Below are positions 38,258-52,226 of a stretch of DNA of 64,000 bases, piece by piece (the first letter of the stretch is position 1; each line of letters starts with the position of its first letter). The stretch lies in NCBI GenBank assembly GCA_964304625.1, contig OZ199838.1:15302729-15366728 (forward strand). Reading direction: 5' to 3'. A program made the translations under genes and the position numbers. The DNA comes from Kudoa neothunni (Eukaryota > Animalia > Cnidaria). Below the pieces are notes generated by a model. That model had not been told where the DNA came from and searched no databases. It was given only the letters and a program-made list of their open reading frames with translations.

Positions 38258-38349
38258 GCCAGGAATAACGCTAGGTTTTATAAAGTTGCGTGCGCATCCC
38301 ATACTTTTTTATTTAAAAATATACTATAAATATTTTTTGATGTGATATA

Positions 38350-38912
38350 CAATGCAACCTCGGACTTCGACCATAATCCGTTATAGAAGTGTGTTCGAAT
38401 TCCGAATCAATTTTTCCCATGTAAAATAATTAAAGTTAGTTTAATCCGTCCCGCTCATCAAATAAATGACTATTTTTATTCTTATTTATTAAAAAACAAG
38501 CATTCCTTGTGTTTATAAATATTTAACAAGTAAACATTAAATATAATAATAAAAATGAGATATACGATGTAACACAAGCTCCGAATAGGGATTCGAACCT
38601 GCGTTATTATTAGCACTAAAAGGAGGCGGTGCCATACCGTACCGCTCTCGGCTGCGCATATGATTGGTGGATTACAAGCCTTATAATCCACATGTTACAT
38701 GGGATAAATATTTGTTGGCTGTCATACGATAGATTATAGAGGGGTTTCTTTCGATGATGTTCGCACAATTTGATTGAGCGAATCTCCTTCTAGAATTTTT
38801 TTTCTTCTCTGTTTTTGCTCCAACTGGAGTTGTTCTGAATTCCCTTTCTATGCGTTCGAACTCAAAAGTGATTCCGACTAAAAATTTTAGGTCGAACTCC
38901 GAGGTTACACTG
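38350..38912. mobile_element. pogo/Tigger-like MITE
   Basis: 23-bp TIR CAATGCAACCTCGGACTTCGACC versus CAGTGTAACCTCGGAGTTCGACC (reverse complement of the right end), with TA on both flanks. Confidence 0.8.
38575..38660 (-). repeat. tRNA-derived (SINE-like) sequence
   Basis: The minus strand has an A-box-like AGCCGAGAGCGG and a B-box GGTTCGAATCCC but no clean cloverleaf. Related sequence lies at about 49770-49870. Confidence 0.5.
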
Positions 38913-39081
38913 TAATTAATATTATATTTTCAAAATCAAATATTCAACAAAAAATTATTTTAGTTACTTAGAGTATTTGGATTTATTAAAAATATGAAAA
39001 TACTATTAAAAAATAATCATTTGAGGTAATAAAAACATAAAAACTGTGAAGCGTTCTAGTTATCTACTCATTAATAAGTAT

Positions 39082-42000
39082 CTATTCATGAATAAGTTCT
39101 AACGACAGTTTTTTCACTTTTTCAATTAAAACTTCAGAGAAACTTGAACTCTCAGCGAGTTTATTCGGTTTTAAAAAAACACTGTCCCAAAGGTCCTAAA
39201 TAATTTAATGTGAGGTACAACGATTGACTTGCTTAATTAATAAGTTGATATACCATTTCGTGAGGCCAGAATTTTTTAACAATTGCTTCATTGTATTGAT
39301 CATATAGGGGATTTCGAACGTCATTATTATCGAAATTCCTACAATGTTTGTATATTTCAGTGAGTGGATAATAAAGAATGATACCATAATGGACAGAGTT
39401 TGATATCGATGGAGTTGGACTTTCTAGATTGTTCATTATTTCCCAGTTTACCTTTATAAGAGTGAATGAGAATTTCGTAAAATTATAAAAAATAACATTC
39501 GTAGGAATATTTGAAGAGATGTAGAAGAAGATTTTCGTTAAATTCGAAGAATCTAATGTATTTTTGTTGAATCTGTAAATTGGAGTTTAGATCGGAAGAA
39601 TATGAAGAACAGAATAATACAATTTTGACACAATTCAAAAACAGGAAAAACACTGGTGAAGCACAATCCATCGAAGTCACACCATTTGTGGTGGTGATTG
39701 TTTTGGAGGTGTTATCAGGTAGAATACTTGCATGTCTGATATCAAATGGGTGCCCACTAGAGAACCACTCACGATGGATAAGGCCTAAAAATCTAAAACG
39801 ATTTAAAACAATTAAAATCGCAAGTAGTGCCAATAACAAAAATCAACCCGCCAATAGTTCTACACTCAGGCTCCAGTAGGATTTGACACAGAGAACTAAC
39901 TACACATATGTAATCAAAACCAGTCTCATCCATTAGATAGATAATAGCTAATAGAGTTTCTGGTGTTAATATTTGTAATTATGAAATAGTAAATACATTG
40001 ACGTTTAACTATTTGATTCACAAAAATAGAAGCTCTAGAAACACACATATAGATAGAGTTTAGCCACAAATGGCTGCTGTTTTCGGTGGTCAACCCGAAT
40101 AACGTGTTTGGAGGGTAGTATTTCGGTGGTAGAACGTTCAGTGAAATTAGTATGTGTCCCAGACAGAGTGAAAGTTGATTGACGGGTAAGACGTTTATAG
40201 TGTAGGTATTGTAGTTGGTCCAAGTGATCCAACTATTCAGTAAACTTGTGCCTTAAATTGAAAATATTCGAGAACACATAATGGTAAACAACGATTGCAT
40301 AGAATTAAGCTGAAATTCTTAATAACCGCCTTTATGCTTATTTTAACGACATATGCTTAAATAAAAAATATAATAAATAACATTTTTGACTATAAGTTCA
40401 TGATGTTTGGATATTAAGGAGTAAAATCAAATTTTTTCCATTAAATAAAATTAAAAAGATAGATATAAAGGCGTTCAATAAAAAAATAAACCTATTCGAG
40501 GGAAAAATTCACATAAAAAATACACATGGATTCAATTTAATTATAATTTTATTCAAAAAATTGAAAATTTCAAATCTGATCATCACATCCATACCTTTAT
40601 TTCAAATTAATCAAACGTAATTAGTTAATGCGGCGTAATTTAAAATGTAACAAAATTTGATTTATTATATTAAAATACTAATAATTTATTGACACTAGAT
40701 TTAAATCATTAAGTTTCATTTCGAGATTATATGTTCTAACGTCACGCTACCTAATTTAAATCGGAATCGCACCTTTATGAAGCACAAAGTGATCCTTATA
40801 ACATGTAAAATGAATAGAATCCCTAATTAATTCTTTAATATCAAGATCAAAAACTTAAAAATCATGAATTTATGCCTTCTTTTTATCAATAAATTTATTT
40901 TTTATTACTCTGACATTCTACGTCCAAAGAAAACGCTACACAATTTTTTTTCATTTCAATTTGAAGGATTTTATAAAATACCCGCGTAAACTCATTTTAT
41001 GCAATCTTTTCATTTTAGATAATTAACCTTATAAAGTTTTTATCTGAGTTCATCTTTAAAACTGATATATATTTTTTGAAATTCCAGTGACTTAAATAAA
41101 ACGCAAGACAACCTACTTTCGTAATAATGGGATTAATTTAAAATACATGCCAAGAAACTTGTATTGTAAGCTAATTAACTCTTTATGCATCATCCTGGGC
41201 TCCACGAGTCTATCTATGCATTAAATATCGGTTTTCTTCCGTTAAAATTCATAATTATGATTGTAATTTTTTAAACCCTAGTAGTTTCAGTAACCTAAGA
41301 TGGTCTGTGAAGGTTTAACAATAAATTTTCAAAAAACCACAACTACTCTTCTTAATGTATTTTCGGGGACATTTAAAATAATATTAAACTAAATAAGAAA
41401 GATTAATTAACACATAAGTGAGAATATTTTTCAATAACCACTCTTAAATTCGTATACTTAAATTCCGCATCGATATTTGCGAGTTAATTAAATGAATTAA
41501 TTCACATAATATAAAATTCAGAAAAATTTTAACTTAATACGTAAACTGTTTCTCTTCAAGCCATAAAAAAATCTTTTTCAATTATAAATCATTTTCCTAA
41601 TAAACAAATAAAGACCTGTAGCCTCAATTTCACATTATTTCCATGGAGACGTGAATTTAAATAAATATATGAGTAAAAATCAATACAGTACAAAAAATAT
41701 CCCAATTTTATTAGCATAAAGAATTAAATGTTAAAATTGTGTTAAACAATAATATATTTGGATTTTTAATTTTTGGTAATTAATTGATATCAATATATTT
41801 TAAAGAAATTATTGATTTATTAAAAATAATGACGCGCACGCAACTAATATTTTTTATCTTAAATACTCACAAAATGAAATTAAAGATTTTTTAATTATAT
41901 TAAAAAATATTAATGAATGTGTTATGTTAAATAAATCTCAACGCCTTAGGCTAAATCAAGTTAGAAAATAATGGCGTGATTCAGATTCAAATTAAAAGAT

Positions 42001-43019
42001 TGATATAATATATATGCCAATAACAACCAATAATTCACACAGTAACGAATAATTTGATTACCGCTAACAGATAAGCCCATCGATGGTTTTTCTTTGTTCT
42101 GTATCTGTTGACCCATTGATAAACTGGATACAGTCGTAAATTGAACAATGTAAACATTCTTATCAGAAATATCTTTGCTCAAATGAGCAATCATAGCCTC
42201 ATCTACATGACACCTTGTGGGTTGGTTGATAACCGAATTGATGGCCACACTTGAAGATGTCAATATACAAGACTAAATTTCACCATATAGAGTAGATAAC
42301 AATATAGCAACGTTTGTATTGAATTACTTTATTTGACCGGTTAACATAGTTGATAATAGGGAAACGTGAATTGTTGTGGCATTTTTTGCTTTCAATTAGT
42401 GCTTGATCAGAGATACCGTCAACTACCACAGCAAATTCAGGAAGACTCTCGCAAATCTTTCCATATGTCGCATAATCAAATTAAACATTGATTTAATACA
42501 AAAATACATTGTAGCTATTGTTTAGAGAAGATACTCTCCAAAATGAAGGTTCATTGATGTCAACAAAATCAGCATTTTCCAAAAATTCCAATTTATTATC
42601 AGTATCATTATCGTTATCTTTACCATTATCTAATGGCATTCGCTTACAATTTGTAAAATCTAAATATCCATCAAATTTTGGTCCAAACTAAAACAAACTT
42701 TTTTGTATATGTGATACACATTGGTTGCAATTTGTTTTATCGTCGAATAAAAAATCGAAATGTTTCAAACGTTTAGTAATGATATTGAGAATAAAACGAT
42801 CTTTTTTATCGGAAAATTTGAGCCTATCTTCTCGATATACACACATATGATCAATGAAATCGATCTATAACAATGTGTAAATTTTCCCAATTTATTTTAG
42901 GGATTTACTTTAATGTTATTTCCGGCAGAAAAAGTAAAAATCAATTCATTTTGTTCGATCTTAAGATTGCCATTGTGGAATTGTTCAGAATGGCAAAGGG
43001 ACACATCGAATGAATTCAT
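39082..43019 (-). CDS. Myotubularin-related pseudophosphatase (MTMR10/11/12-like), multi-exon with an intron of about 1.7 kb
   Basis: FWRVSSLNNSY..ICESLPEFAVV, LWLNSI, LMDETGFDYICVVSSLCQILLEPECRTIGG, LIHREWFSSGHPF, SPVFFLFLNCV, FEFNENLL and NPLY appear in myotubularin order. The start codon is approximate. Confidence 0.82.
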
Positions 43020-43109
43020 TTATAATGTAATAATCAAGTTGTCTTTGTGGTGGCAGAATAGAGCAATTTTAATGTGTCACAACAACGAATTTATAATCTA
43101 ACGCATGCT

Positions 43110-43950
43110 CAGTTAACAAAAATAAGCAACTCCTAAATAAACTTCTTCTGCGCTGCAAAAAAACTTATTTTAAATAATTTTTGAAATTTTAGCAGTCAAA
43201 ATAATTGTAAGTATCATCATAATCGTATTGCACATTGGTGACAACTTTGAGTGGAGAGGTGATAGGAAAATGTGACCATTGTTAGCCACTCATTCGAAAC
43301 CAAATGGGAATAACTCCTTAATGCAAAAGTATGAACTCCAAGTAGTTGAGATCGAGTTTTACGAATACCTTCCGTGGATGCTGACAAGAGATGGCCTATT
43401 GGATTAAGAATGTTAAAACTTTGTTTTTCTACCATGTAGAAACCCCTCAATAATTCAAGAAAAGATTCGATACTGATTTGTTCAAGTTCTGAATTGTTTA
43501 AAACCTCGAAAAACACTAAATCAAGTTAGAACTAATTCAAATTTATACAAATCCACATGGATGTATCGATGAAGAGGAAAAATTTGGAGCTATTCCAACA
43601 GGTTTAGCACAACTAACAAAATCACGTCAACTGGCCAATTTCATTATAATATAGTATACTCCAAACGCATTGAATGCCTCATTTTTAACATCCCTTAACC
43701 ACATATAGAAATAAATGTCATTAATCAACATACCGGAGAGCAATCGATAATTGTTCCGAAATTTGATCTACATTTTTATTTACTGTATGCTAAATATGTA
43801 AATATTACGTTGTTATGCGACATTTTCGGCATAAACCTAGTAGAAAAACGCATCATACTCAAAACCACTGCAACGTGACTTTTTGAACTATCGACTCGCG
43901 CCGATCCTCCTCAGTTTAAATTTTAATTTAAAGTTGGAGCTGGTTTACAT
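43110..43950 (-). CDS. Hypothetical multi-exon protein (or 5' exons of the MTMR gene)
   Basis: A 99-aa open exon (43217-43516) plus several short open segments bounded by GT/AG. No family was recognised. Confidence 0.4.
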
Positions 43951-44376
43951 CGTTTAATTGAATATGTTACCTGATAGATTTGTAAATAAATTGATTGTAG
44001 TCGGTTGTTGGTCCCATAAATATTGAGAAATTACTTACAATATAATGCATGCACACATAAACTAATTAAAAGTCTTTTAGTTTTAGTAAAAGGACGACTG
44101 TAAGTGTTATCTCGGAAAAATCTAATCCTAAAAGAAGTGTGAATCTGTATTATCGCCATTCTCAATCCTAAGAACTTACATTTATAGCTGATTTACGCAG
44201 ATATTTTTTATAATTAAATATACTCAAGAATAAAACTACCCGAATATTGTTGTACTTAAAACATGTCACTTTTTTATTTAGCTCTGTTTAATCTCACGTA
44301 AACTTCTATATTTCATTGTAATTGACATTTAGTATATTTTTCTAAATCAAATTAATTTAATATATTTGGCGTTCAT

Positions 44377-44651
44377 CAGGAGTGAGTAAACTGCGGTCCG
44401 CGAGCTCTTTCATTTGAATCTCGGAAAAATTTTATATCACTCAACATTAATTATGTACTTTATTCTCATTGCGTAAAAAACTTTTTCTCAAATGTTGTCA
44501 TATATTTGATTTGAAATGAGTTAATCTAAAAAATTATTGTTCATTTTGAATTCTAATGTTAATATAAAAGGCTATTTTTGAGTGTTGTGATCGGTTGTCT
44601 TAACATATTCTCCATGCGGGGCGCGCTGATAAAAAAGTTTTCTCATCCCTG
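44377..44651. mobile_element. Short hAT-like MITE
   Basis: CAGGAGTGAGTAAAC ... GTTTTCTCATCCCTG imperfect TIRs. No clear TSD. Confidence 0.45.
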
Positions 44652-46284
44652 TAATATATGAAAGTTTCTCAATTCAACAAACACTGTAATGCTCCATTTC
44701 TGCGAGTGATACGTTCTACGATTTACCATGGATATGGACAAACGAGGATAAGTAAAATAAATTATAACATTGACTCCTGAAATTTAGTCAACATTTTGTC
44801 GCGTATAAAATATCAATATATATTACTTGAGATAATCAGAAAATTAGTAGTTAAGGAGAATTTTCAAATCTGGGTCAATGGGGAGAGTGGATCAATGGAG
44901 AATAAGGAAAATACACCTTACGTTATGCTTTAATTCGAATGTTGCATACAAAATACTATTTAAAAACTAAATATCTTTAATCTTTATACTATTTTTTCGT
45001 CATAAGTTTATAAGATTATTGGATAATAAAGTAGAAAATCAATAAAATGATGATTTGTTGTATAAGATAAACGAGAATAATCAAATTTATATAAAACTTA
45101 ACCTGGCCAATTTTGTGGTAAAAAGTATTCAGGGGTCGCTAGTTTTTACTATATTTATTATTTCTAGTTTGTCGCTTCGCCTCTTATGTCCAGGAATAAT
45201 TAGATATAACAGATCCTAAAAAATTAAACCTGTATATAACTTATGGATATGAGTTTAGGGGATTAAAAATTGTCATTTCGCAAGCTTACATGCCAATTTG
45301 AATTAAAATTTACCATGACAATAGCCTTCACCTATAAAAACATATGATAATTTTGTCTATAATCTATGGATTTTACTAATATGGAAAGTATCTTATTTAT
45401 TTGTCTTTTTGCATATTATTACCTCGAAATATTTTCAGCTTTAATATATCACGAAAACCTCCAGCTACGATTTTAAACACAATAATAAAATTTTATATTT
45501 ACACAAAATAAATATTAATTTAGTTAAAATTTTTTTATGTAATTAAAAAATAACACCCATTTTCTGCAAAATTCCTGCTTTTTTTAATTCTAAGTTTTTA
45601 ACAATTAGACAAAAATTTTCTCGAAAATATAAATTGTAATTTGCATCCATCAAAATAAATAAAATAATAGAAAAATTAATTAATTAAAATTTTTTAATAA
45701 TTACTCTAAATAATTATATTCATATTAATTATTAATTTGTTCCTATATAGGTTGCGAAATATTTCATTTTTAATTATTTACTAATCATCCAAAATACCAA
45801 CCCAATAATTATTAAAATTATTGAACACAAAATAATGGTCAACGCGGAAAAAATAATTTTCTGTCACAACAGTAAACTTAGATTTCAACATATTAAAATT
45901 TTTAGATCCAATGAAATTTTTTTGCATCAATGAATGAGTCAAGTAATCATGTGGAATTTCGTTAGTCGATCGATAGTCGACGGTCTACTATAATGAATAA
46001 CTGAAATTATGAAATTTTTTACTCAATATTATAGAAACATCTCAATTGGAATACCTGTATTTTTAATGTATATAACATTCTTTGCATTCACATTAAATAG
46101 AAAAAAGTTTATGTATTCTTATCTAAAATTTTTGGGGTAACTGTGCCTCGTGATTTTTCATATTAATAACCAATTTTAAATTGAGTTAAATCGTTGTCAT
46201 TTTATGGTATTTCATTGACTTTATTATCAAAAAATATAATAATTTGATAAATTATTCGCGCACGCGCATACGAAAACATCAATA

Positions 46285-47593
46285 ATGAATTTGGAGCAAG
46301 AACAATCATCTCCTTTTCAAATAAATGATCCTAAAATTATGGAAATAAATAATAGAAGATATCGACTTAATCCATTTTTACAGATCGCATCCAATAACCA
46401 GGAACATTCCCACACTTTGGCATCACTTGCATCATCGGCCGTATTGGAATTAGATTCTCAACAACCAACTAACCAGATTACCAAAAGCGATGATGGAATC
46501 ACTCTTACACTACATGAAATATCTCCCTATTATTTTAGAACACTGCATCAAGAGTATTCAATGATTATCAATAGTATTGCCGCTAGAAGTGGCGTAACTG
46601 TTATAATTCCAAAACTTGCATCGCATGATCAATACATACGTATACATAGAAAATTTTGTATCTTGAAGAATTATTTTTTTCTAAAGTATTAAAAAGCGAT
46701 CATTCTAACAAAAATATTGAGTCTGTGGCACAAGAATTGAAAACTATTGTTGCTGGTATTGGTATCAATTTTAATCGGACTCACTTTGTCAACATTCCTA
46801 TGGAATCTCGCGAGCTCAAGACAAATATGGCTATTTTTAGAGACCGTGTTTTGAAGTCACCTCGTTACGGTGAAAAATTCTACAATTACCTTCGAAGTTA
46901 TGAATCTCTTCACCTCACTGTGTGTATGTTGGATTTGTCGGCTCCAGAGAGATTGGTTATTAATTGATTTTTTATTTGTTTTCTCTATATTTGTAGAAAT
47001 ATGGATCTGACACTGTTGAACAGATCTGTTCGAAGAGGATTTCGTAATTTTAATCATTTGTTATCTGAATTAATTTTTCAATTCTGATAGAGAATGCATG
47101 AAAGATGGTCCCTTGATTTTGGATATCGTAGGTGTTGACGTGATGGGCGATGATCATTTGAAATCGACAGTTCTATATGCTAAAGTGAATGAGTCGAATA
47201 ATTCGAATCGCCTACAGACGTTATGCGATGCAATCGTAACTGACCTCAAAACATTTGGTCTGATCTACCCTACCAAAGGTGATACTCGTGTGTTATTGCA
47301 CATGACGGTGTTGAAAACTCCCCCAACTCATAATGATTCCACTACTCGAGCCACATTTGACGCCACCTCGTTATTGGAGGTAAACATGGATTTCTCAATC
47401 ATTGTCAGCCAAATACATTTTTATGAATTATGAACTCTCATCTTGCTAAATTATTGACGATTCTATTTAGGAATTTAAAGAATTTAGATTTGGCGGCGTT
47501 GTTGTGAAATCCATGCATCTATGTTCTCTTAATGAGATGGATCCTCGAACTCATTATTATAGATCTATTTTGAGTGTGAATTTTTATAGATAA
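46285..47593 (+). CDS. ASCC1: Activating signal cointegrator 1 complex subunit 1 (KH plus 2H phosphoesterase)
   Basis: THFVNIP, two HxT motifs (LHLTV, LHMTV), VLYAKV, FDATSLL and FKEFRFG, with an upstream KH-like segment ending VIIPK. Confidence 0.88.
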
Positions 47594-47694
47594 ATAGTTG
47601 TTTTTTTGAGAAAATGAGAATTTTTTTATCAAATTACGTGAAAAAACACAATAGAAAAGAGTTGTTCGCACTAATAGCTAAAACTAAGTTGAAA

Positions 47695-49510
47695 TTATTT
47701 CAACGAATAGGTCTTTTTGAGAAAGTATCTCAGGACATTCTTAAAAGTTTCATCATTTTTGAATTCCCTTAAATTTCCGGCAGACATCAGTCTGGGGATG
47801 TTGACTTTGATGGGGCTGGCTTGCTTGGATTTGAAAGCTACCACCACAATGTTTTCTTCTTTCTCCATCAAATAGCTGTATACTGAAGCAAAATGTCTAC
47901 GTACTGTATTCAGCACAAAGCCCAAGCATTCGTCGGATCTGACCACAACATTCATGATGAGAATACCTATATAGGTAAAATATGTCAGAGTGTGAATTAG
48001 ATTGAGAGATAAATCAGCCAAGAAAATTAAATCTACCAACCATTTGGTCTCAACGCCCGAATAATTAAGCCAAGGACATGAAACTCGAGAAAGTCGGGAA
48101 GTGGGCACACAATATCTTGTTCGAAGTCGTTATTATTCACATCAAGAATAATGCAATCAGCAGAGTGTGGATTCACTAAATTTAAAAATTTAACTAGCAA
48201 AAATTATCAAATATGTAGTTACTAGTTAGAATGTAGTGGACTCCCTCTTGTATAGCAACCCTGCAAAAGGGTGTCACGACGAAACCGAAAAAACCACTCG
48301 CCAATTTCGCAACTTCTTTATCGGATTCAACCGTCTCAATTGATCGCTATTTATTAAATAGAAAGTAACTTAGAACATCAACCATCTCCAACATTAGTTT
48401 AATCTAGTCTACACATACAATAGGTAGTAGATTCGAAATGGCCGAGGATAGCTGTCCTCCACCAAGACCAATACATACCACATCCCATCTGTTGCATTCT
48501 AACCGAATATGAAACGTTAACAATAAAGTTATTCAAATGAGTTAGTTCTACCTAATGAAGCCAAAATAATCAGCACAGCGCAGTGATATTCTGTGGTGAA
48601 TTGGTTGGCCAAGATTTTGCCTTCATCTAAAATAAACAATTAGCCACATGGTAGCACCAAACACACCAATATACAGTCAACTAAAACAGTGGATTGTATA
48701 GTTAAAGGGTTGGATTTAAAGATTAGTTGACGCTCCGCACAAGGTTTGTTGGAGGAATTATTAGAGTTTGGATCTATAAGGCTTCTTGTGACAACAAACA
48801 CATGACCCTCTCGAATTGTATCTTTAAAGGGGGATTTTTTGTCCAAATCTGACGACAAACATTTAACGGGATAATTTATTAGTACTGGAACGTAGTCAAG
48901 TTGTTGGTAGAGAAATGGCACTTTTTTCTTCATTCCATGAGATTCGTGTTGAAAGTTTACCGCAAATTGTCCTACCAAGTCTGCAATTTTTTCTTTTTGT
49001 TTGTTTACCACCGATGGATTTATAAAAGCAAAACACACGCGACCAGCGTTATGTTTCCTGGCCCAACTCTTGGCACCTTCGTCAACGACGAATGTTATAT
49101 CATGTCGATACACTACACACCAATAAAAACAGCTATAACACTATGCATTAAACATACTGTCATCCAATAAAACAATAATATAATCGTTTTCCACTTGGGA
49201 ACTATCAAGCATAGTTTCAACGATTATAAAATGAATACTTCCCAATACGTCAGACATAGTTAAAAAACGAACCACTCCAATGTCTTTTGTGAAATCTAAT
49301 CATGAAATTAGATTAAAATTTTTCGTACCAAGCTGAAGAAAGGATGAGTAGGCGGCTTTTATTGGGTAATGCACAGCGCTATTAAAACCGATGAATTACA
49401 TATTATCCCTCAATAAAATACTGGTTGGAAAAAGTATTTGATTAGTTGGGATGATTTAATCTCAGTACAGTAAACTCTCAATATTGCGTAATTCGCTATA
49501 CTTTAGCATG
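47695..49510 (-). CDS. METTL13: METTL13 C-terminal half (linker plus spermidine-synthase-like eEF1A N-terminal methyltransferase)
   Basis: DEGAKSWA..AGRV, KVPFL, RQLIFKSN..IQS, VCIGLGGGQL, VESDKEV and IILDVNNND...CP, ILIMNVVVRS. Confidence 0.82.
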
Positions 49511-52226
49511 TTTTTAAATTTCATTTTGATAGGAAGAGATAATAATTTATAGAGTCAAAGTTCTTTTTTTGATGATTTAATTTTATATAAGGTTCAAAAA
49601 ATTGAACAAACTAATGTTATTGCTATTGCTATTGCGTAACTTAAATTGTTGATTTGAATTCCTTCAATCATTAAAATACTTCAAAAGAAAAATGACTAGT
49701 TCTCGGAGAAATATTGAAATTAAAATCAAAATAACTAAAAATTATAATTTATAAAGTAAAGATTAGTCAAGAGCAAGGTTCGAATTCTCGAGTCATAATT
49801 TAAAGGCGGTGGTATCACCTCTCTGCTGTTGATTACGCATATGTTAACCTCGGTTAACAACCTGATAACCAATCATTACACCAAATAGTTAAAAAACGAG
49901 AAAACAGCACCAATTAAATAATATTAAGAAAATACAGTCGAACCTCGATCTTGATTACCCGGAAACCGAAACAACTATTTAATCATAATTTCGGATAACA
50001 GTATCATCCACCACCGTAAGACATATACAATGTAGCATACATACCAACGTAACATTTAAAAAATATTTATAGCTTAACTATTTATAAATTTTTCTTTTAA
50101 AACTAAAATTAAGCATTCGATCCTTACATAAATGTGTACTACATCAGAACATATTTCTGTATGTACATTAAACATACATTAATTACCGATTACAGTAGGT
50201 GACGGCTCGTGTGCACCTTCCATGATTTAATGACTTACATAATACTGTTACTATTTAAAATAAATCGAATAAAAGCATAACAATTAGAGTAAATTATTAA
50301 AACTTTATTTTTTGTTTTAATTCGCTGTAAATAAGAATTAGTTCAAATTTACGACCCATGGGCATTAAGCATTAAGCTTAAGGAAAAAGTTGCCCAAATG
50401 ATGGATGGGTCGTGGGCACTTGAGGAGAATCAAGCAGCTTCGTTCTTTGAAAGATAAAATGGGTATAATGGCATATTATGAAAGAATATCGAATAGAAAA
50501 ACTAAAATTCTCAATTATTTTAATTTAAAACCTCAATCCTCTTTAAATAGGATTTTTGGTAATAAAGAATCCATTATGAAGTCTCATAATGTAATGAAAA
50601 TTACAAATAACCACAAAACATTAAAAAAATTTACTATTTCCATGAATGAAGCATTAATTTATTTGGGAAAAATGTACAAAATTTTCAGAAAATGAAATTA
50701 TCAAATGTTATCTACGGTCATAGATCTAGAAACGACGATTTATGATTCAAGAAAGTTAGAGCTTTACCGGTAAGATATTAATAGCTTTTTCAAAACAAAA
50801 TCCCACTAAAAGTATCATAAAAACTTTTAATTATATTTTATTGAGTATAATAATTAATTTTATGAAATTTATGCGTATCAATATATATTAAATTTATCTT
50901 GATTACTACCGCTTACTCCTACTTCTCTTGAGTAGAGAAAATAATTTATCTGTTACGTAACACTTCCTCAAGATATAATATCATTCGTTAAGAATGTTTT
51001 CTGCTGGTTTTTATTTAAAATCGTCAAACCTTATTAAAATAATAAAGAATTTTATTTGTAGTAAAATTGGATGTGTGAATTGCGTTTATTTTATTTTTTA
51101 ATTCTTGTTTACAGAAATCATTAGTATTATCATCACGTTGTCTAAATGGTTTGTTTCTACGAATTAAAGTCAAGGATCGACTAGAGTAATCGCATTTAAC
51201 CTCTAAATCATTACTATAAAGAAGAATTTTTTTTAATATACTTTTGAGTATAAATACAAAAAAAGGTGATAAATCAAAGCGACTAAATTGCAAGAGCCCA
51301 CATTAAAATTTTGTTTCGTTCGCATGCGCCAGGACGGCTCGAGGGCACCTTGAACCCAATTCCCATTTTAGTGCCCACGACCGGTCACCTATTGTATTTA
51401 AAAAAGTAGATTACTTTTTTGTATACGCGTTTCCTCGCATAATTCGGTACTGTTTTTCTTTTAAATCTCCATATTCTTAGTCAACAAATATGCCAATGTT
51501 TTTAATTTGCGTTGCCCAAGTTAAATTATTTCATTTAACAAATGATAAACATTGTTTACAAATCAAGTAAACAATCGTTTAAGTAGAAATTTAAAGAATG
51601 CGCACGCAACCGCGCGTGATTCGTTATCGCGTAAATTCTATTTGATCTTAAAAAGGTATGCCATATCGATAGTTCACAGTATTCCTCAAATGCGGATCAC
51701 ATGACCCAGCTAAGAGAGATTACAAAATTTTTAGATAAATAGATTAAGGTAGTGTAGCGAAAACCGCGGAGGATAAGATGAGTCTAAGTCTACATTAGAC
51801 TCATAAAATTATATTTTTAACTAATGTATTATTATATTTAAAAACGCAAGAGATAATTAATCCAACCACGCGCGCGCACCCCATCGAGCTTAATGTTAAA
51901 TTAAAATTAGTTTCATCTGGCAATTTCTGTTGTTTACAAAAGATGTATATATAGTAAATTTTACATGTTGGTTATAGAATAAATTAGTAGTTTGTTAAGA
52001 AGAATGGGCCATTGGCCTATTTTTAAAAATTACGAAAATCGACTACAAGTCACGAGCCCTCCCTCAATCAGTAATGTCAAAAATATGTGTTCTCGTGTAA
52101 TTTAATAATAGATGGATTATTTAATTTATCAATGTATAATTTTGTTTCAAAACAATTATCATTTAAAGTTATTTTAGCACATTTAAAATTTGAGATTATC
52201 GGATAAGAATATTATTTCAGGCTTGT

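Noticed and set aside
40035-40232. 65-aa ORF MDHLDQ...
   Set aside because: Wrong frame. Another frame of the same exon (…LTTENSSHLWLNSIY) fits myotubularin.
50405-51293. Short ORFs between the METTL13 halves
   Set aside because: AT-rich and without motifs. They are likely decayed TE or chance ORFs.
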